Origin: Haliotis rubra
Lineage: Eukaryota
Assembly: GCF_003918875.1 (NCBI RefSeq)
Contig: NW_025767614.1
Span: 248,001-312,000, forward strand
Direction: 5' to 3'
DNA length: 64,000 nucleotides
Made by a program: the position numbers and the translations under genes. Below the pieces are notes generated by a model, which searched no databases, had not been told where the DNA came from, and saw only the letters and a list, made by a program, of their open reading frames with translations. Shown here one piece after another: positions 24,401 to 38,300 of this stretch (the stretch's first letter is position 1; each line of letters starts with the position of its first letter).

Positions 24401-26474
24401 ATTTGACAGTTGGTTATGTTATGTTAGGACGACGGAAAATTTGTTTGCGAGAATGTAATATTGCATGTGTCAGCATTATTTCCAAGAAGAAATTGTTGGT
24501 TTTCTATCCTCAAATGGGGCTCAGTTACTCTATGGTGGGACGTCACATACAATCTGTTTTACGTCAGAGACCACTATTTGTGGCGTCATGTTAATATTCT
24601 CCTCTTCGCAAACATTGAACAAACTGGTAAAAACTAACCAACTTGCATGAAGATTTAAGAAATACAGCTCGCTCTATCCCCATGTATAGGTAATATTATA
24701 GTGAATGAGTATGGTTTTACGCCGCTTTTAGCAATATTACAGCAATATTGTTATAAGGTAAAAATGCATCCCCAAAACCATGAGAGAATTACATCAGATT
24801 CGTATTTAGATTTGCAGTTTTGCTCATGAGTCATAACGGTTAGGCACGGTATGGAGACGGAAAGTTTCCATAGAATGGCGTTTAGCCGTAGGCTATGGAA
24901 AGAGAGACAGAACACATTTGTTGTGAAAGACATAACAGATTAATCTTATATTGAAACAAACAACAAAGGGGAAAATATGGAAATATACTGATAAAAATAT
25001 AAAACGACAATATAAAACTGTTGTCGTCTTCTCATTAGGGCGTGCTCTCATCCGCATAATCCGGATTATCCTCTTCTAACAACTCATTGATCCTTCATTG
25101 ACCTCGTAATCCTTTATTAAATGGCAAAATGAAACTAGTCTCAGGACGCCAGATATTTTTTTCCACTCATCCGTGAAGTTTGGTGGAAAGGTCGGCCTTA
25201 TGAGCCTGAACCGTTCACAGTTCATGTATGTTGTCATTGTATGTTGTCATCTCCCAAAACATTCGATGTTAAAGAAATTATTATGTAATAAAACTACTAA
25301 ACATCTAAAGAACTTAAAGTCATTTCTGAATGTATTGTATAAATCACTTACTAAGTAATATTCAACTGATTATGTCTAGCCACTTGCTATGTATATATTT
25401 GTTTACCTATGTATTTATATATTCTCATGTACCACCGTTGGTTGGTTGAGAAATAAACTTCTCTGTCTGTCTGTCTGTTATTATCCAATAGCTGCATCCT
25501 TGGCACGATGAACAATAGGAATATTTTCCCACCTACCACCGCTTTGCGTGTTTGTTGATTGGTTGTCTACTTGCTGTCCTAACCACTGATTGGTTCGTTG
25601 ACAGCATGATGCATGAATGTTCACATTCATCCATAAGGATAACACTCTACTGTCTGAATTTTACAGATATTTTTGTTCTTTATTTTTATCTAACAATGTT
25701 AATTTTAAGTTAATTCAATGTGCAACATGTACGACTCTTTGTCTGTGAATAATCGAGGTTTTGTGTAAAGAAACAAGGCAAAAAGTTGACATTACATCAT
25801 TTTTTATTCGTAACGGCAAAGAGGTAGATCATCAATACATCGACCGGTTGTTCCATTTTTAAAAGTCTAGGCGAATTGACATTTATGTGCACGAGGAAAT
25901 AATATGTAATTGTACTTAGTATTTTAATTTTAACTAAACGCAAACGTAATTAACATATAAGTTTCAGTTCAATAAAAGATTTTGAACATGTAAATAATAT
26001 GATCGCGAGGTGGTCGCGAAGATTAAAAATATACACCGAGGTAGATATGTACCAATATGGTTCCAATTAATTCAGATATGGTTTCTTTAACATAGCTTTC
26101 ATGCTATTTACAAACTGAATTTCGCTCATCTCGGAACGTTTTGCTTCTATCATCGATCATTGATATTTTAAAATTCCAAATACATGTAATAGATTAATAT
26201 GCTCACCCGTTCATGAACACCTGGTATCATCACTATTTGAAAAAGATTCATAAAAGACATGCTCATGGTCGGAACTGTACAATCGACACTTTTGTTATGG
26301 ATGTGGAAAGGCCCTTTTCGCTGAATTAACCGTGTTCAATATATATGTAGAGACGAGGGAGCTTAAGGGTAGGACGTATCATGTGTTTACCCATCACGTC
26401 ACAGCTCCAGGTGGTATTACATGGATACACTGTGAGATGTATTACAACATCCAGCTACACAATAGGAAGTGTAT

Positions 26475-29400
26475 TCAGATATTCTTTTCACATATGTAAC
26501 ATTTGTCATTGTTCGCTTCAGTATCACGCCATCGTAAGTTTTCATGTCTCCTAGCAACAACGTACTTCCTCTTTGTGTCATTTAAGGGATATCCCGGAGC
26601 CCAGGGGTTGTACGTCAGTGTCCGACCGTCATGAAATACCCACTGGCCTTCCTCAGCTGCATCCGTCCCATCGATGTAATAACTGCAAACGTCAGTGTCT
26701 GAAAACAAGAACATGCCATTATATATACTTAATACAACATGATCTCACCTATTTGTATATTTCTGACTTTGGGAAAGAATTGCTAATACACAATAAGGAA
26801 AGACTTGACCCAGAGAGGTGACACCCCTGTATGTTTAATGTTCTGGAACCATAAGATTCGTTTTTGTTTGTTTGTTGTTTTACGCCGCACTCAGCAATAG
26901 TCCAGCTGTATGACGGCGGTCTGGAAATAATAGAGTCTGGAACAGAGAATCTAGTGATCAACAGCATGAGCATCGATCTATGCAAATGGGATACGATGAT
27001 GTGTCAACCAAGTCAGCGAGTCGGACCATCCGATTCAGTTTGTCGCCTTTTATGACAAGCGTTGGTTACTGAAGGCCCATTCTATACCGGATCTCCACGG
27101 GAACGAACACAGAATCTACACTTTATGTTCACTTTCCACTCTCCACTGCTAAACGGCACATATACATGTTTGTTTGTTAGATATTTAGCGCCATATTCAG
27201 CAATATTCCAACTATATGGAGGCACTATGTAAATAATAAAATCTGGTCCAGACAATCCAGTGATCCACATCATGATCATCGATCTACGCAACTGGGATAC
27301 GATGACATATGTCCACCCTGACCACCCGATCTCGCATGGCGAGAAATATTAGAACAGGTGCGCCCACAATCAATAGCTGGTTGCTTTTGAACCTATAGAA
27401 CTTGGTACTACAGCGTTTTGCCAATAATCAGACACAATATGTAGGAGATGAGACCACGGAGAATTTGTGCTTGAAGTGAACTGATTTAGAACAACTTAGC
27501 CCAATGTGGCTACGTATCACCCAACTGGGTAGATTGGTGTCAAGCAATGGATTGTCTGGTCCAGATTGTAGTATTTACGTTGTAGTGGTCGTTGTCGGCA
27601 CTTATACTACAGATGTGTATACCACAGGTAAAATATCAAAATTTGCACTGCACCTCTCGTTTAGACAAAGAAGGTGGTCCTCAAATCTTTACTTGTACAA
27701 GACGATCGAAATTCACTGAATAACTATGTACTCTGACCTTTAAAGGTCGGGGGTACACCGATTATTACGATATGACTTCCTGTCAACAAAGGACAGGAAA
27801 ACTAAGCAAGTAACCGTAAAACGATATTTTCTTACACTACACAGTGTATAAAAGGGCTATGGCTCGCCAGCAAAGGGAATAGATTCTATCTTCCTTAAAG
27901 GTGAAACTCTCAGCCTCAACTACCCCCTGCATACGTCATTGACGTACAATGTCATACGTGGAAAGATCAGCAAGACTCGGCCGCGGATGTCATAATGGTA
28001 CGTAATTCTGACGTCGTTCTAAATTTTTACTTCTGCAGTGTCTTCCCATATGTTTGTTGGGAGAGACATTGACTTGCCTTGTCGGGTGTTTTGGATGGTT
28101 GCCATCCAGATATTCATCTTCGCTCCGTTACTCTATTTGAGGTGAGGTGAGGTGAAATTGGGTTTTACGTCGTACTTGAGAATATTTCGCTCATATGACG
28201 ACGTGCATGCGGGTGTATGTGTATGGGTGGCTGCTTGTACTAGCCAAGACTGAAGCTGGTTTTATAGTGCTAGCCCACTGAGATACCATGCCGCAGTGAA
28301 GCATGAATATCCCACTCAGACACATTATACTGACTCCGAGCCGACCAGTCCTTGTTGTACCCATTAATGCCGAGCGCCAAGCAGGGACCAACAAGTACCA
28401 TATTTTAACGTCTTTTGGTATGACGCGGTCGGGAATCGAACCCGCGACCTTCCGCTCTCCGGGCGGACGCTCTAACCACTACACCACGGAGGCGTCTTTA
28501 CTCTATTTGATGACTATAGAAGGGGTTTTGTCAGTTTTATATGAAAACCATAGCGTCAATGGATGAATTGAAACCTAATAGCAGCAAATATGTATCAGTC
28601 CGATGTTAAACGTTTTCAATGTGTGTACAGACCTGACGACGACGGGATCTGCTTGGCTATGTGGTTAAGCTTCTCTTCACTGTCAATAACAGCAAGGTGT
28701 TCGCCTCTTGACGTACAGTCAGCACGACCACCATTGTACATCTTCTGGTCAGTATGAAGCTGGTAGCAGAAGTTGAGGAGGCGGTTGTGGACGTAGCCGG
28801 ACGGACAATCACCTGTGACAAACATGAACTGGTCAATATTTACAAAAACTAAAGCATCCATTTAGTATACAAAAATCTACGGTATTGTGTACCATTTCAG
28901 AGCATCAGTTTAGTTTTACGCCGCTTTTAGCAATATTCCAGCAATATGACGGCGGGGGACACCAGAAATGGGCTTCACATATTGTTTCCATGTACCATTT
29001 CAGAAATGATTTCTGCCATGACTGACCTACAGAATTGGGGTTATTTTGAATGATTGAATGATATTTGTAGGTTAGATTCCTGAATGTACAGGAGCGGTGG
29101 GATAGCGTTCGCTGACAACCCACATGGTACAATGTGTGGGGCCAATTTCTGGCGTCCCTAGCCGTGATATTGCTGGAATATTGCTAAAAGCGGGGTGTAA
29201 TCACACTCCTCCCTGAGAGTACACACAGGCGTTTGTGCATGTAGCTAAAACGATTGTTTCCTACGTGTACAGGCCCTTTTCCTGGGTCAACTTGCTGGAA
29301 TATTCTTCAATGAGGAAACAAGCCCCGCTCAATAACAAGAAATAAAACAATTCACTTTTGGGCACAACGTCATTGCTTACACAATGGAATCGGTAACGTA

Positions 29401-29754
29401 CATTTCGTATTCTTGTTTATCCTGCGAACAATACCATAATGTGCACATATGCTCACCCGTTCCGACGATGTAGTACACTGTACCCGCCTCTTCTTCTCCG
29501 TCCTGCGGCGACAGGAACAGCACATCATGGAGCTGACACCGTCGGTGTTGCCGTCTGTAGAATACAGACACACAAGCCTCATTCTGGAGACAAAGGGCAA
29601 CGCATCGGGTGTCCGTAAGAGCGTTTGAAACTTCAGTTAAAATGTTGATGTTGATCAAAATGTCTGTCATGTTTTTAGTACCCCATACGGATCTAACATC
29701 AGCTGACGTGTAGGTCGCCGTTGAAAGGATCATCAACGTCACCAGCATCTCCAT
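26475..29754 (-). CDS. Secreted PAN/Apple + C-type lectin protein, copy B. Exons 29754-29457, 28812-28633, 26698-26475
   Basis: Same three-exon, phase-1/phase-1 structure as copy A, with a 180-nt exon 2. Open frame, ending KCYICEKNI-stop. Confidence 0.88.
28141..28497 (-). mobile_element. V-domain tRNA SINE, family C
   Basis: tRNA head (GGTGTAGTGGTTAGAGCG, GGTTCGATTCC), V-like domain GTCATACCAAAAGACGTTAAAATATGGTAC...CCTGCTTGGCGCTCGGCATTAATGGG, (TCACC)n tail, 13-bp TSD TTACTCTATTTGA. Confidence 0.85.
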
Positions 29755-30791
29755 CGTACTGAAATCTCTGTGTTCTGACGACCAAATTTGAAGTCCACTT
29801 ATTGATTTAATGCAAACAGAGATGGGTATCTATTGAAAAGCTATGTTCTGAGTAGATGTGTACATTGACTTGTGCTTTCTATTGTCGCACTATTTCGGCT
29901 TTCACCGTGAGAAACTGTTAATTACGTACCACCAGCGGAGGACAATAAACAGATGCACCCGGGGACCTATCGTTGAAATGGTCATAGAAATATACAGCAT
30001 CGATGCCAGATAATAATCCATGAAACAAATCCCGTTTGGCAAAACAAGCGATGTAGTCCTGAACATTATGTGAACTGATAACTGTATATCTATTGGTTTA
30101 CACACTGACATTGGGGCTCTTTCGAACAGCAATGTCAACTCAGGATTTCTTCTATTGTCAGTTCTATCAATAGTTCGGAGTCTGATAGTAATGGAGAGTT
30201 GTGGGGTTTAAAAGGTACAAAAGCGCGTAGGCTTCTGTTGAAAGAAACCCTGTGTGGACGTAGGATGTAAAAATTGTAAGGGCTAAAACTGGTCGATGAT
30301 TACTAGTGGAAACATTCAATATAACACATTGTGACAACGAGGTAAGTGCAATTAAAACACAAGGACCTAACACATTATGAATCTCAAAACTAGCGAAATA
30401 CAGAAGGATCATACAAGTAGATGAACGTCAAGAACGAGTTAATATTTATCTGAAAAATGATGTACAAGATCTGGATAATAAGAGACACGACACCGGCTCT
30501 CAGTCTCATTGTCTGCAAGAAGGAAGCTTTAAAATCCGGTTTTGTTTGTTGTATAGGGCCACACTCAGCAATATTCCAGCTACATGGCGGTGAAACCCTT
30601 TACTTGTATGTATACCCCCCATGGTTGATGTACCTGGGCTGTTAAACAAATAAATGATGCAAATCAGAAGGAGGCTGAATCCTAATTACACCATGCAACT
30701 TAATACATAGGATCGGTTCAAGAAGATCTCTGTAATTATAGGTAGATGGAACCTGGAGTTGACAGCAAAGTGAAGCAAGTCAGTATTGCAA

Positions 30792-30956
30792 GGGCCGGTC
30801 GGGTAGCCTAGTGGTTAAAGCGTTCGCTCGTCACGCCGAAGGCCCGGGTTCAATTCCCCACATGGGTACAATGTGTGAAGCCCATTTCTGGTGTCCCCCG
30901 CCGTGATATTGCTTGAACATTGCTAAAAGCGGCGTAAATCCGAACTCACTCACTCA
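30792..30956 (+). mobile_element. tRNA-headed SINE family A, representative copy
   Basis: A box GTAGCCTAGTGG, B box GGTTCAATTCC, tail GCTAAAAGCGGCGTAAA..(ACTC)n. Other copies: about 5311-5465(-), 40627-40793(+), 41371-41530(-), 41932-42103(+), 52492-52655(+), 58446-58598(+), 58986-59139(+), 60414-60576(+), 60692-60860(+), 61760-61922(+), 63786-63868(-). Confidence 0.85.
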
Positions 30957-31226
30957 GTATTGCAAACATTGCAGGTCGGAATGGCGATGGCAACCGGTGG
31001 CTGACAAACATACGGAAAATAAATCAGTTGTGATTTGTGATAACTCTAACTATAACCTGTGTAATTACGATCTTTTTGTAGATGACCTAATGCCAAATAA
31101 TACGCAAACGTGACGTCAAAAACACGAAATTCAAGTCAAGTGTTAATGGAACGTTTCCTTCCTAAAGACGCTGTTAATACAAACCTGTCTCTATGGAATG
31201 TTCTCATTATGGCCTATATTTACCCT

Positions 31227-32372
31227 GTCCGTCGGTCCGACGATGACATTTCCTTCTGGTTTGACTTTGTCTGGTGTGGGATCAAGAGATGGCTTTGCAG
31301 CCCAATCCTCGAGCGGCATATGCTGGGGCACTAGGGCAGGGGAACTGTCCCGAGGCAGTCGGATCTGTGGTTGAGGCTAGCTTTCTTCTTGTTCTTCTCG
31401 ATGATGTCTTGATGTCTTTTCTCCTCAAAGTTGTCCTTGGTTTGCCTTGTTAGAGTGCACCAGTGTGGTCTGTCCAGTGCTTCTTTCACAAGCATCTTTG
31501 GAACGAGTCCAGCGTGTGCAAGGTTTGCTTTCAAACAGTTCTTGAAGTGTTTACGTGGCGTACCCTGGTTGTGCTTGCCTGTACACAGTTCACCAAACAG
31601 CAGCTGTTTGGGTAGCCAGTGATCGTCTATTCGAGCAACGTGCCCCACCCATCGGAGCTGGTTCTTCATTATCATGGCTTCGATGCTGATGGACTCGGTC
31701 AGTCAAGGACTTGGAGATTTGTAACTTGGTCCTGCCATCGAATGTTCAGAATGGACCTCAGGCTGTACGTATGGAATCGCTCCAGTTGCTTGAGGTGTCG
31801 TCTGTACAGGGTCCATGACTGACACCCGTAGAGGAGGCTGGTAGGAACCACGACCCTGTATATCCTCAGCTTTGTGGACAGCTTGATGGTGTGCTGGTTA
31901 AGGACACCTGCATACAGACGACCGAGTGCTTGGTTGGCCTTGTAGTTGGCCCTGGAACTGAACTCTTTGTCCAGGCTTCCGTCGTTGCTTATGGTACTGC
32001 CAAGGTATTTGAAGTCGCCCACGGTCTTCAGCTGAGTTCCCTCGATTGAGATGGAGGGAGGGTGGGAAGTGGAGGCGGGCGAGGGCTGGAACAGGACTTC
32101 GGTCTTGCCGAGACTTATTGGGAGAGCAAAGAGATGGAAGGCTTCAGCAAAAAAGCGCTTCTAGGATGAGCTTGTTCACAGTCTTTGTCTTGGCACTCAG
32201 CTGGCGGAGGTCAAACATGGATCCATCGAGTGCTGCAGGCACAGTCCAAGGCCCAGGTCCCTAACAGCATGGTAGCTAAAGTACGCAGCGAAAAACAGGT
32301 TGAAGAGGACCGGGGCCAAGACACACCCTTGCTTGAAGCCGTTGCTGATGTTGAACGGCAGGGCATCCGAGC
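31227..32372 (-). mobile_element. 5'-truncated, degenerate RTE (BovB-like) LINE
   Basis: RT C-terminal motifs FKYLGSTIS, TKLRIYRVVVPTSLLYGCQSWTLYRRHLKQLERFH and QLRWVGHVARI..LPKQLLFGEL; G.KQGCVLAP at about 32310; frameshifts. Confidence 0.9.
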
Positions 32373-35334
32373 TTCTTTAAAAGCTTTTCACGTGAATGAC
32401 AAGGCTACCAGTTGTCCCCATTATATATTGCATTTGTAATTAATGACATTGTTGACAAATTGGAGCGTGAATCACACGATGTAACATTGCATGCTTGAAA
32501 TTGTTCATTTTGCTCTTCGCGGCTTATATAATCTTAATGGGTGGGTCTGTTGTTGGAACATATTATGACAAATGGCAGCTAACAATGAACATTGATAAAA
32601 TCAAATCATAGTATTCAGAAATGGCGGGAAACTTAGATATCGTGAAAAGTTTAAAATTGGGAATATTGCTGTTGAAACAGTGTCAAGTTAGATATAAATA
32701 TATTCATGTTCAGTTGTCCTCTCTATCAATCAATCAATCAAAGTTTTGAAGTCTGGGGATTCCATGTTACACCAGATATTGAAAATATTCATGAGAAATT
32801 TGGAAAACTTTCCTTGGGATTACATAAAAATGCATAAAATAGCTTCGCATAAGTAGTTTTGGCAAGAACATCTGTTAAATTATCTCTGTAGATTTGGGTT
32901 AAGATTAATATCACAAGAATGTAATATATACAATGTTGAGAAAAACATACATCTTCAAATACCAAAAAGCAGAAAGGGTGGTGTTTGCTGGGATTTAAAT
33001 GTAAAACCATTGGTGTTTTCTTATGGATCTGCAGAGGTTTGGAAGCAATACCTTATTGAATCCAAGCCTTTACTAATCAAACAAAGATGTAACGCCATTG
33101 AGTATTACGTTCAAAACGAAAGCAAATTAAATGTTGTTCAAAGCTTGAACTGCTCCATAAAAGATAACTTTCAGTATTGCAATTGCATTATATCAACTAA
33201 TGTCAAAATTTATAGAATGAATATTGTAAAATCACATACTTCTATCAGATTGGGGCAGATATCACAAAATACCAAGACATGAACGGTTATGTCCATTGTG
33301 TTTTATCCCAAAAGTTGAGGACGAATTCCAGTTTTGTTTGGTGTGCCCATTTTATTCAGAATGTCATATAATGTATAATTTAGCCCTTTTCCTATCACCG
33401 CTCCTGTCAAACAGTCCATATCATGCTCAGGACCTGTATAAGTCACACTGAAGACCCGGGTTCGATTCCCCACATGGGTGCAATTTGTGATGGCTACTAA
33501 TGCTGGAACATTGCTAAAAGCGGCGTAAAACCATACTTTCTCACTCACTCACTGGACCTGTATAATGGACCGGTGGCCTCTGTACGTGAATAACATCACA
33601 ATCAAACCGGAACTCAATAGTCCATCTTTTCTGGGAATGTAAAGCGCCATAGTCTGTGGATTAACCCCAGGCGGATTCAAATGATTCCAGACTGGACATG
33701 TTTGGTAGTTTTTTAATTTTGTAAGTATGATTATAGTTTTGACTCTTTGCTCTCGTTAGTTTTTAAATGAGGAATGCGCGAGAAGTTAGCTAGTGTTAAA
33801 TATTACAGTGAAAACCATTGATAGGTTATTTCAAACTCGAAGAAGTGCTGCAATAAAATCTAAGTCAAGGATTGTCAAAGTAAATGATTTATTTTCGTAA
33901 AACCTTTTTGTTTGAGAGGGTAAGACGTGTGATTGCATGAGTGCTGTAGTATATTTTGTAAACTCTTGCATGGGTAGTAAACATATTATCAAACCACGTA
34001 TACAGTATTGAAATCTGTCTCTTTTTCAGAGAAGATATACACAAGACGTACACGTATGATGACATCTGTCATTCACAGGTTCATTTCTTACAAGATAAAC
34101 CCTTCAACCCAACATCAGTGTGATCTTATATGCATCAAGTTGCATACATTGTACAGCTCATTCATGATATTGAAGAGGTACACAACATATACATGTGTGT
34201 ACATATGTTATTTGTTGAACGTACGAAAATGAAATTCAGTAACTTTGATAAAGAGTAAAATGGTAAAATCAAAGTAGGTTGTGTCCAAATCTTTGACTCT
34301 TGAAAAGGATTTAACATTGTTTTATGACTGTCGGACACACAACAGCATGTTTATGGATCATACAATAAAACACAACAACAATGCAAGGATTTCAAGTGGA
34401 TAATGTCTCACAGTTTAGTGATCGCACAATAATAATACATTTTAAAATAAATCTGGTTGGATGTCACGAAATTGTACCGGCATTTGCCAGTATGGCTCTC
34501 TTTTATAAGTCACTTTTGTCAGTTTCACCAGACACAACCTGAAGCAATACATCATCGATTACATAGTCATACACTGAACTTAAACAATGGCATTACATCA
34601 CAAAGATCAAAACAAACACGACTGTTACATAATCAACAACAACGTACATTTAGTACATACACAGCCTTCTTGATTGCTATTGCAGTATGTATTGTCGTAA
34701 AGTGCCAAGGTAGGAGGAAAATACATACATTCCTGAACTTATTTTGAAGTTTGCTGATTTGAGTATCTGTTCGTTCAGGTTCATAAATATATTGATCCGT
34801 GAAGATCCGGGTTAGAACTAGGTCTTCAGCAAACCGTGCTTGTTGTAATAGGCGGATCGGGTGTTCAGACTTGCTGATTTGATGACATATGTCATTGTAT
34901 CCAAACTGTGTAGATCGATGCTCATATTGTTGATCACTGGATTGTCTGGTCCAGATTGATTATTTACAGATCGCCGCCATATGCTGGGATATTGCTGAGT
35001 GCGGCGTTAAATATATTGAAAAAAGTCATCTGTTGAACCCCAGCCACAGAAGTGCGTAAGTTAAGACATTTTAACAAAAAGTGAAAGGTTGAGTGTATTT
35101 CACATTTCACGTTATTTGGTTACTTAAATGTTTTCTAAGCATTTGTTGTCTTGCTGTTCCGATCACACATTGGTTGATGAGATATTGTTTAGCATGGTGT
35201 ATCTGTTCCCATCAGGATGCATTCCTTACATAAATACAGTTTGTGTGTTTGTTGTTAAACGACGCTACATGACGTCAGTCTGTAAATACACCAGGTCTGG
35301 ACCAGACAATCCAGTGATTGACATCAAGTGCATG

Positions 35335-38300
35335 TCACACATCCCTTTCACAGATGTAACATTTGTTTGTCCCTCTCCTATTTACCCAAAGAAAGTTGTC
35401 AATTGCCTTAAGGATAATGCGATTCTTTTCTGTGCCATTCTTGGGATAGCTCTCAGCCCAGAAGAAGCGTGTCATATTCCGGCCATCATGAAATACCCAC
35501 TGGCCTTTCTTAGCAACATCCGACCCATCGATGATATAACTGCAATATCTAGTGCCTGAAAATAAGAACGACTCACTATTATTGAATACTTTAATACACC
35601 ATGATCTCATCCGTGTGTAAATGTATGCATGAGTGTTAAAGTATTTCTGATACACGCAAAGGAAAGACTTAACTCAGAAAGGTGCAACTCCTGTTATGTT
35701 TAATGTTATGGAACCATAAGAACACAGATTCTAAATTTGTTTCCACTTTCATACACACATCCATTTTCTTTTATTCTTTGAAGATAAGAATATGTCATTT
35801 AAGTGACTGTCTGAAACATTTCATTTCCACATTTTGTACGTTTTTAATGTTAAATATTTTGGCCCATTTTAGAATTCCTGATACATGAAATGGTAAAACT
35901 GCACTCAAAAAGATGCCATCCTCTTTAAGCTGATTTATTTACTCCACAGAAACAGAATCTTTCATTTACTCCTTAGAAACAGAACCTTTCATTTACTCCA
36001 TAGAAACGGGCCGCCATATAGCTGGAATATTGCTGAGTGCGGCGTAAAACAAAACTAAACACACTCACCCATAGAAAGGCAGAATCTTTCATTTACAACG
36101 GAACCTTTCATTTACTCCACAGAAACACAGAATCTTTCATTTACTCCATAGAAACAGAATCTTTCATTTACTCCATAGAAACACAGAATCTTTCATTAAC
36201 TCCATAGAAACACAGAATCTTTCATTTACTCCATAGAAACACAGAATCGTTCATTTACTCAATAGAAACACAGAATCGTTCATTTACTCCATAGAAACAC
36301 AGAATCGTTCATTTACTCAATAGAAACACAGAATCGTTCATTTACTCAATAGAAACATGGAATCTTTCATTTACTCCACAGAATCTTTAGTTGGTACCAC
36401 TTTCAATCACACGCACAGGCAGTACTGCTCATCAATATGCATGTAGAAAGTGAAACAAAACTGAACAACACAATATTGCCTACCATTAAAAACACAAGGT
36501 TTGTCTTTCAAGAATACACAAAAAGTGGAAATTTAGTTTGGTCCATTAAAAACGTTTGGAAAGTTTATACAGCACAATAAGAGTAAGGTTTGGGCGGTGA
36601 TTTAAATATGCTAACCTGACGACGACTTGATCTGCTTGACCATGTGGTTCTGCTTGTCCTCGCTGTCAATAACAACAAAGTGTTCCCCTCTTGTCGTACA
36701 GTCAGCAAGAGCGTCGTTGTAGTTGATTTTGTTGAGATGAAGCTGGTAGCAGATGTTGATGAGGCGGTTGTGGACGTAGCCAGACGGACAATCATCTGAG
36801 ATACACATGAACAATCCCACATGAATATTTACAACAAATGCCTGGGTAATATTTTGTTGTTTAACGCTGGACTTAAGCCATCTACAGTATCGTGCCGGAC
36901 ACATGAGACGCCGAAGGTGTGACAAGGCAACGACGTGTTCGGTTTAGCGTCTCACTTTGGAACCGCGAGATGCTATGTTATGAGATTTATCCCACAAACG
37001 GAAGACGTCACAAAGGATCGCGTGCCACGCGTTCAGAAAAGGAACGTTCTGTTGCCCTATGAAAACTTTTAAAGACCTGCATTTGAACGGCAAATCGTAC
37101 CGTGAAATAGGTCATCTTCTCGAGAGCACTGTGCATGGTGTTATTCATTGCTATTGTGAGAGTGGAAGTGTGGAACATTTGGCAGCTAACTGGTAGACCG
37201 AGGATTCTGAGCAACCGCGTCAATGGTGTGCTGATTCGTTGTGTCAAAGATTATTGTTTGCAGAAAGTACAAACATATTTAAACTATTGTGATCAACAGA
37301 TGGTGCCGATGAAAACTGAGAGCCATCGGTCTGTGATAGACTACAAACTTGACAACCAATTTCTGTCCTTCAGGTAGCCTGCACACTCTCCAGATATGAA
37401 CGTCAATATAGAAACATTAGGCTTCGTATCAAAAGAGAGTTGAAAACATGCGTGGTCATAACATCAAACCTACCAAAGAACTGCAAGGCGAGTGAGTTTA
37501 GTTTTACGCCGCACTCAGCAATAATCAAGTTATATGCCGCGGTCTGTAAATAATGCAGTCTGGGCCAGATAATCCAGTGATCAACAGCATTAGGTTCAAT
37601 CTATACAGCTGGGACACGTAAGTCAGCGAGCCTGACCACCCGATCCCGTTAGTCGCCTCTTTCGACAAGCATGGGTTACTGAAGATCTTCCGACAAGCAT
37701 GGGTTACTGAAGATCTTCCGACAAGCATGGGTAAATGAAGATCTTCCGACAAGCATGGGTTACTGAAGATCTTCCGACAAGCATGGGTTACTGAAGATCT
37801 TCCGACAAGCATGGGTTACTGAAGATCTTCCGACAAGCATGGGTTACTGAAGATCTTCCGACAAGCATGGGTTACTGAAGATCTTCCGAGAAGCATGGGT
37901 TACTGAAGATCTTCCGACAAGCATGGGTTACTGAAGATCTTCCGACAAGCATGGGTTACTGAAGATCTTCCGACAAGCATGGGTTACTGAAGATCTTCAA
38001 GCATGGGTTACTGAAGATCTTCCGACAAGCATGGGTTACTGAAGATCTTCCGACAAGCATGGGTTACTGAAGATCTTCCGACAAGCATGGGTTACTGAAG
38101 ATCTTCCGACAAGCATGGGTTACTGAAGATCTTCCGACAAGCATGGGTTACTGAAGATCTTCCGACAAGCATGGGTTACTGAAGATCTTCCGACAAGCAT
38201 GGGTTACTGAAGATCTTCCGACAAGCATGGGTTACTGAAGATCTTCCGACAAGCATGGGTTACTGAAGATCTTCCGACAAGCATGGGTTACTGAAGATCT

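Noticed and set aside
28303-28566. Recurrent ORF MN(I/T)PLRHIILTPSRPVL (also 43686, 54472)
   Set aside because: Antisense reading of SINE family C, not a gene family.
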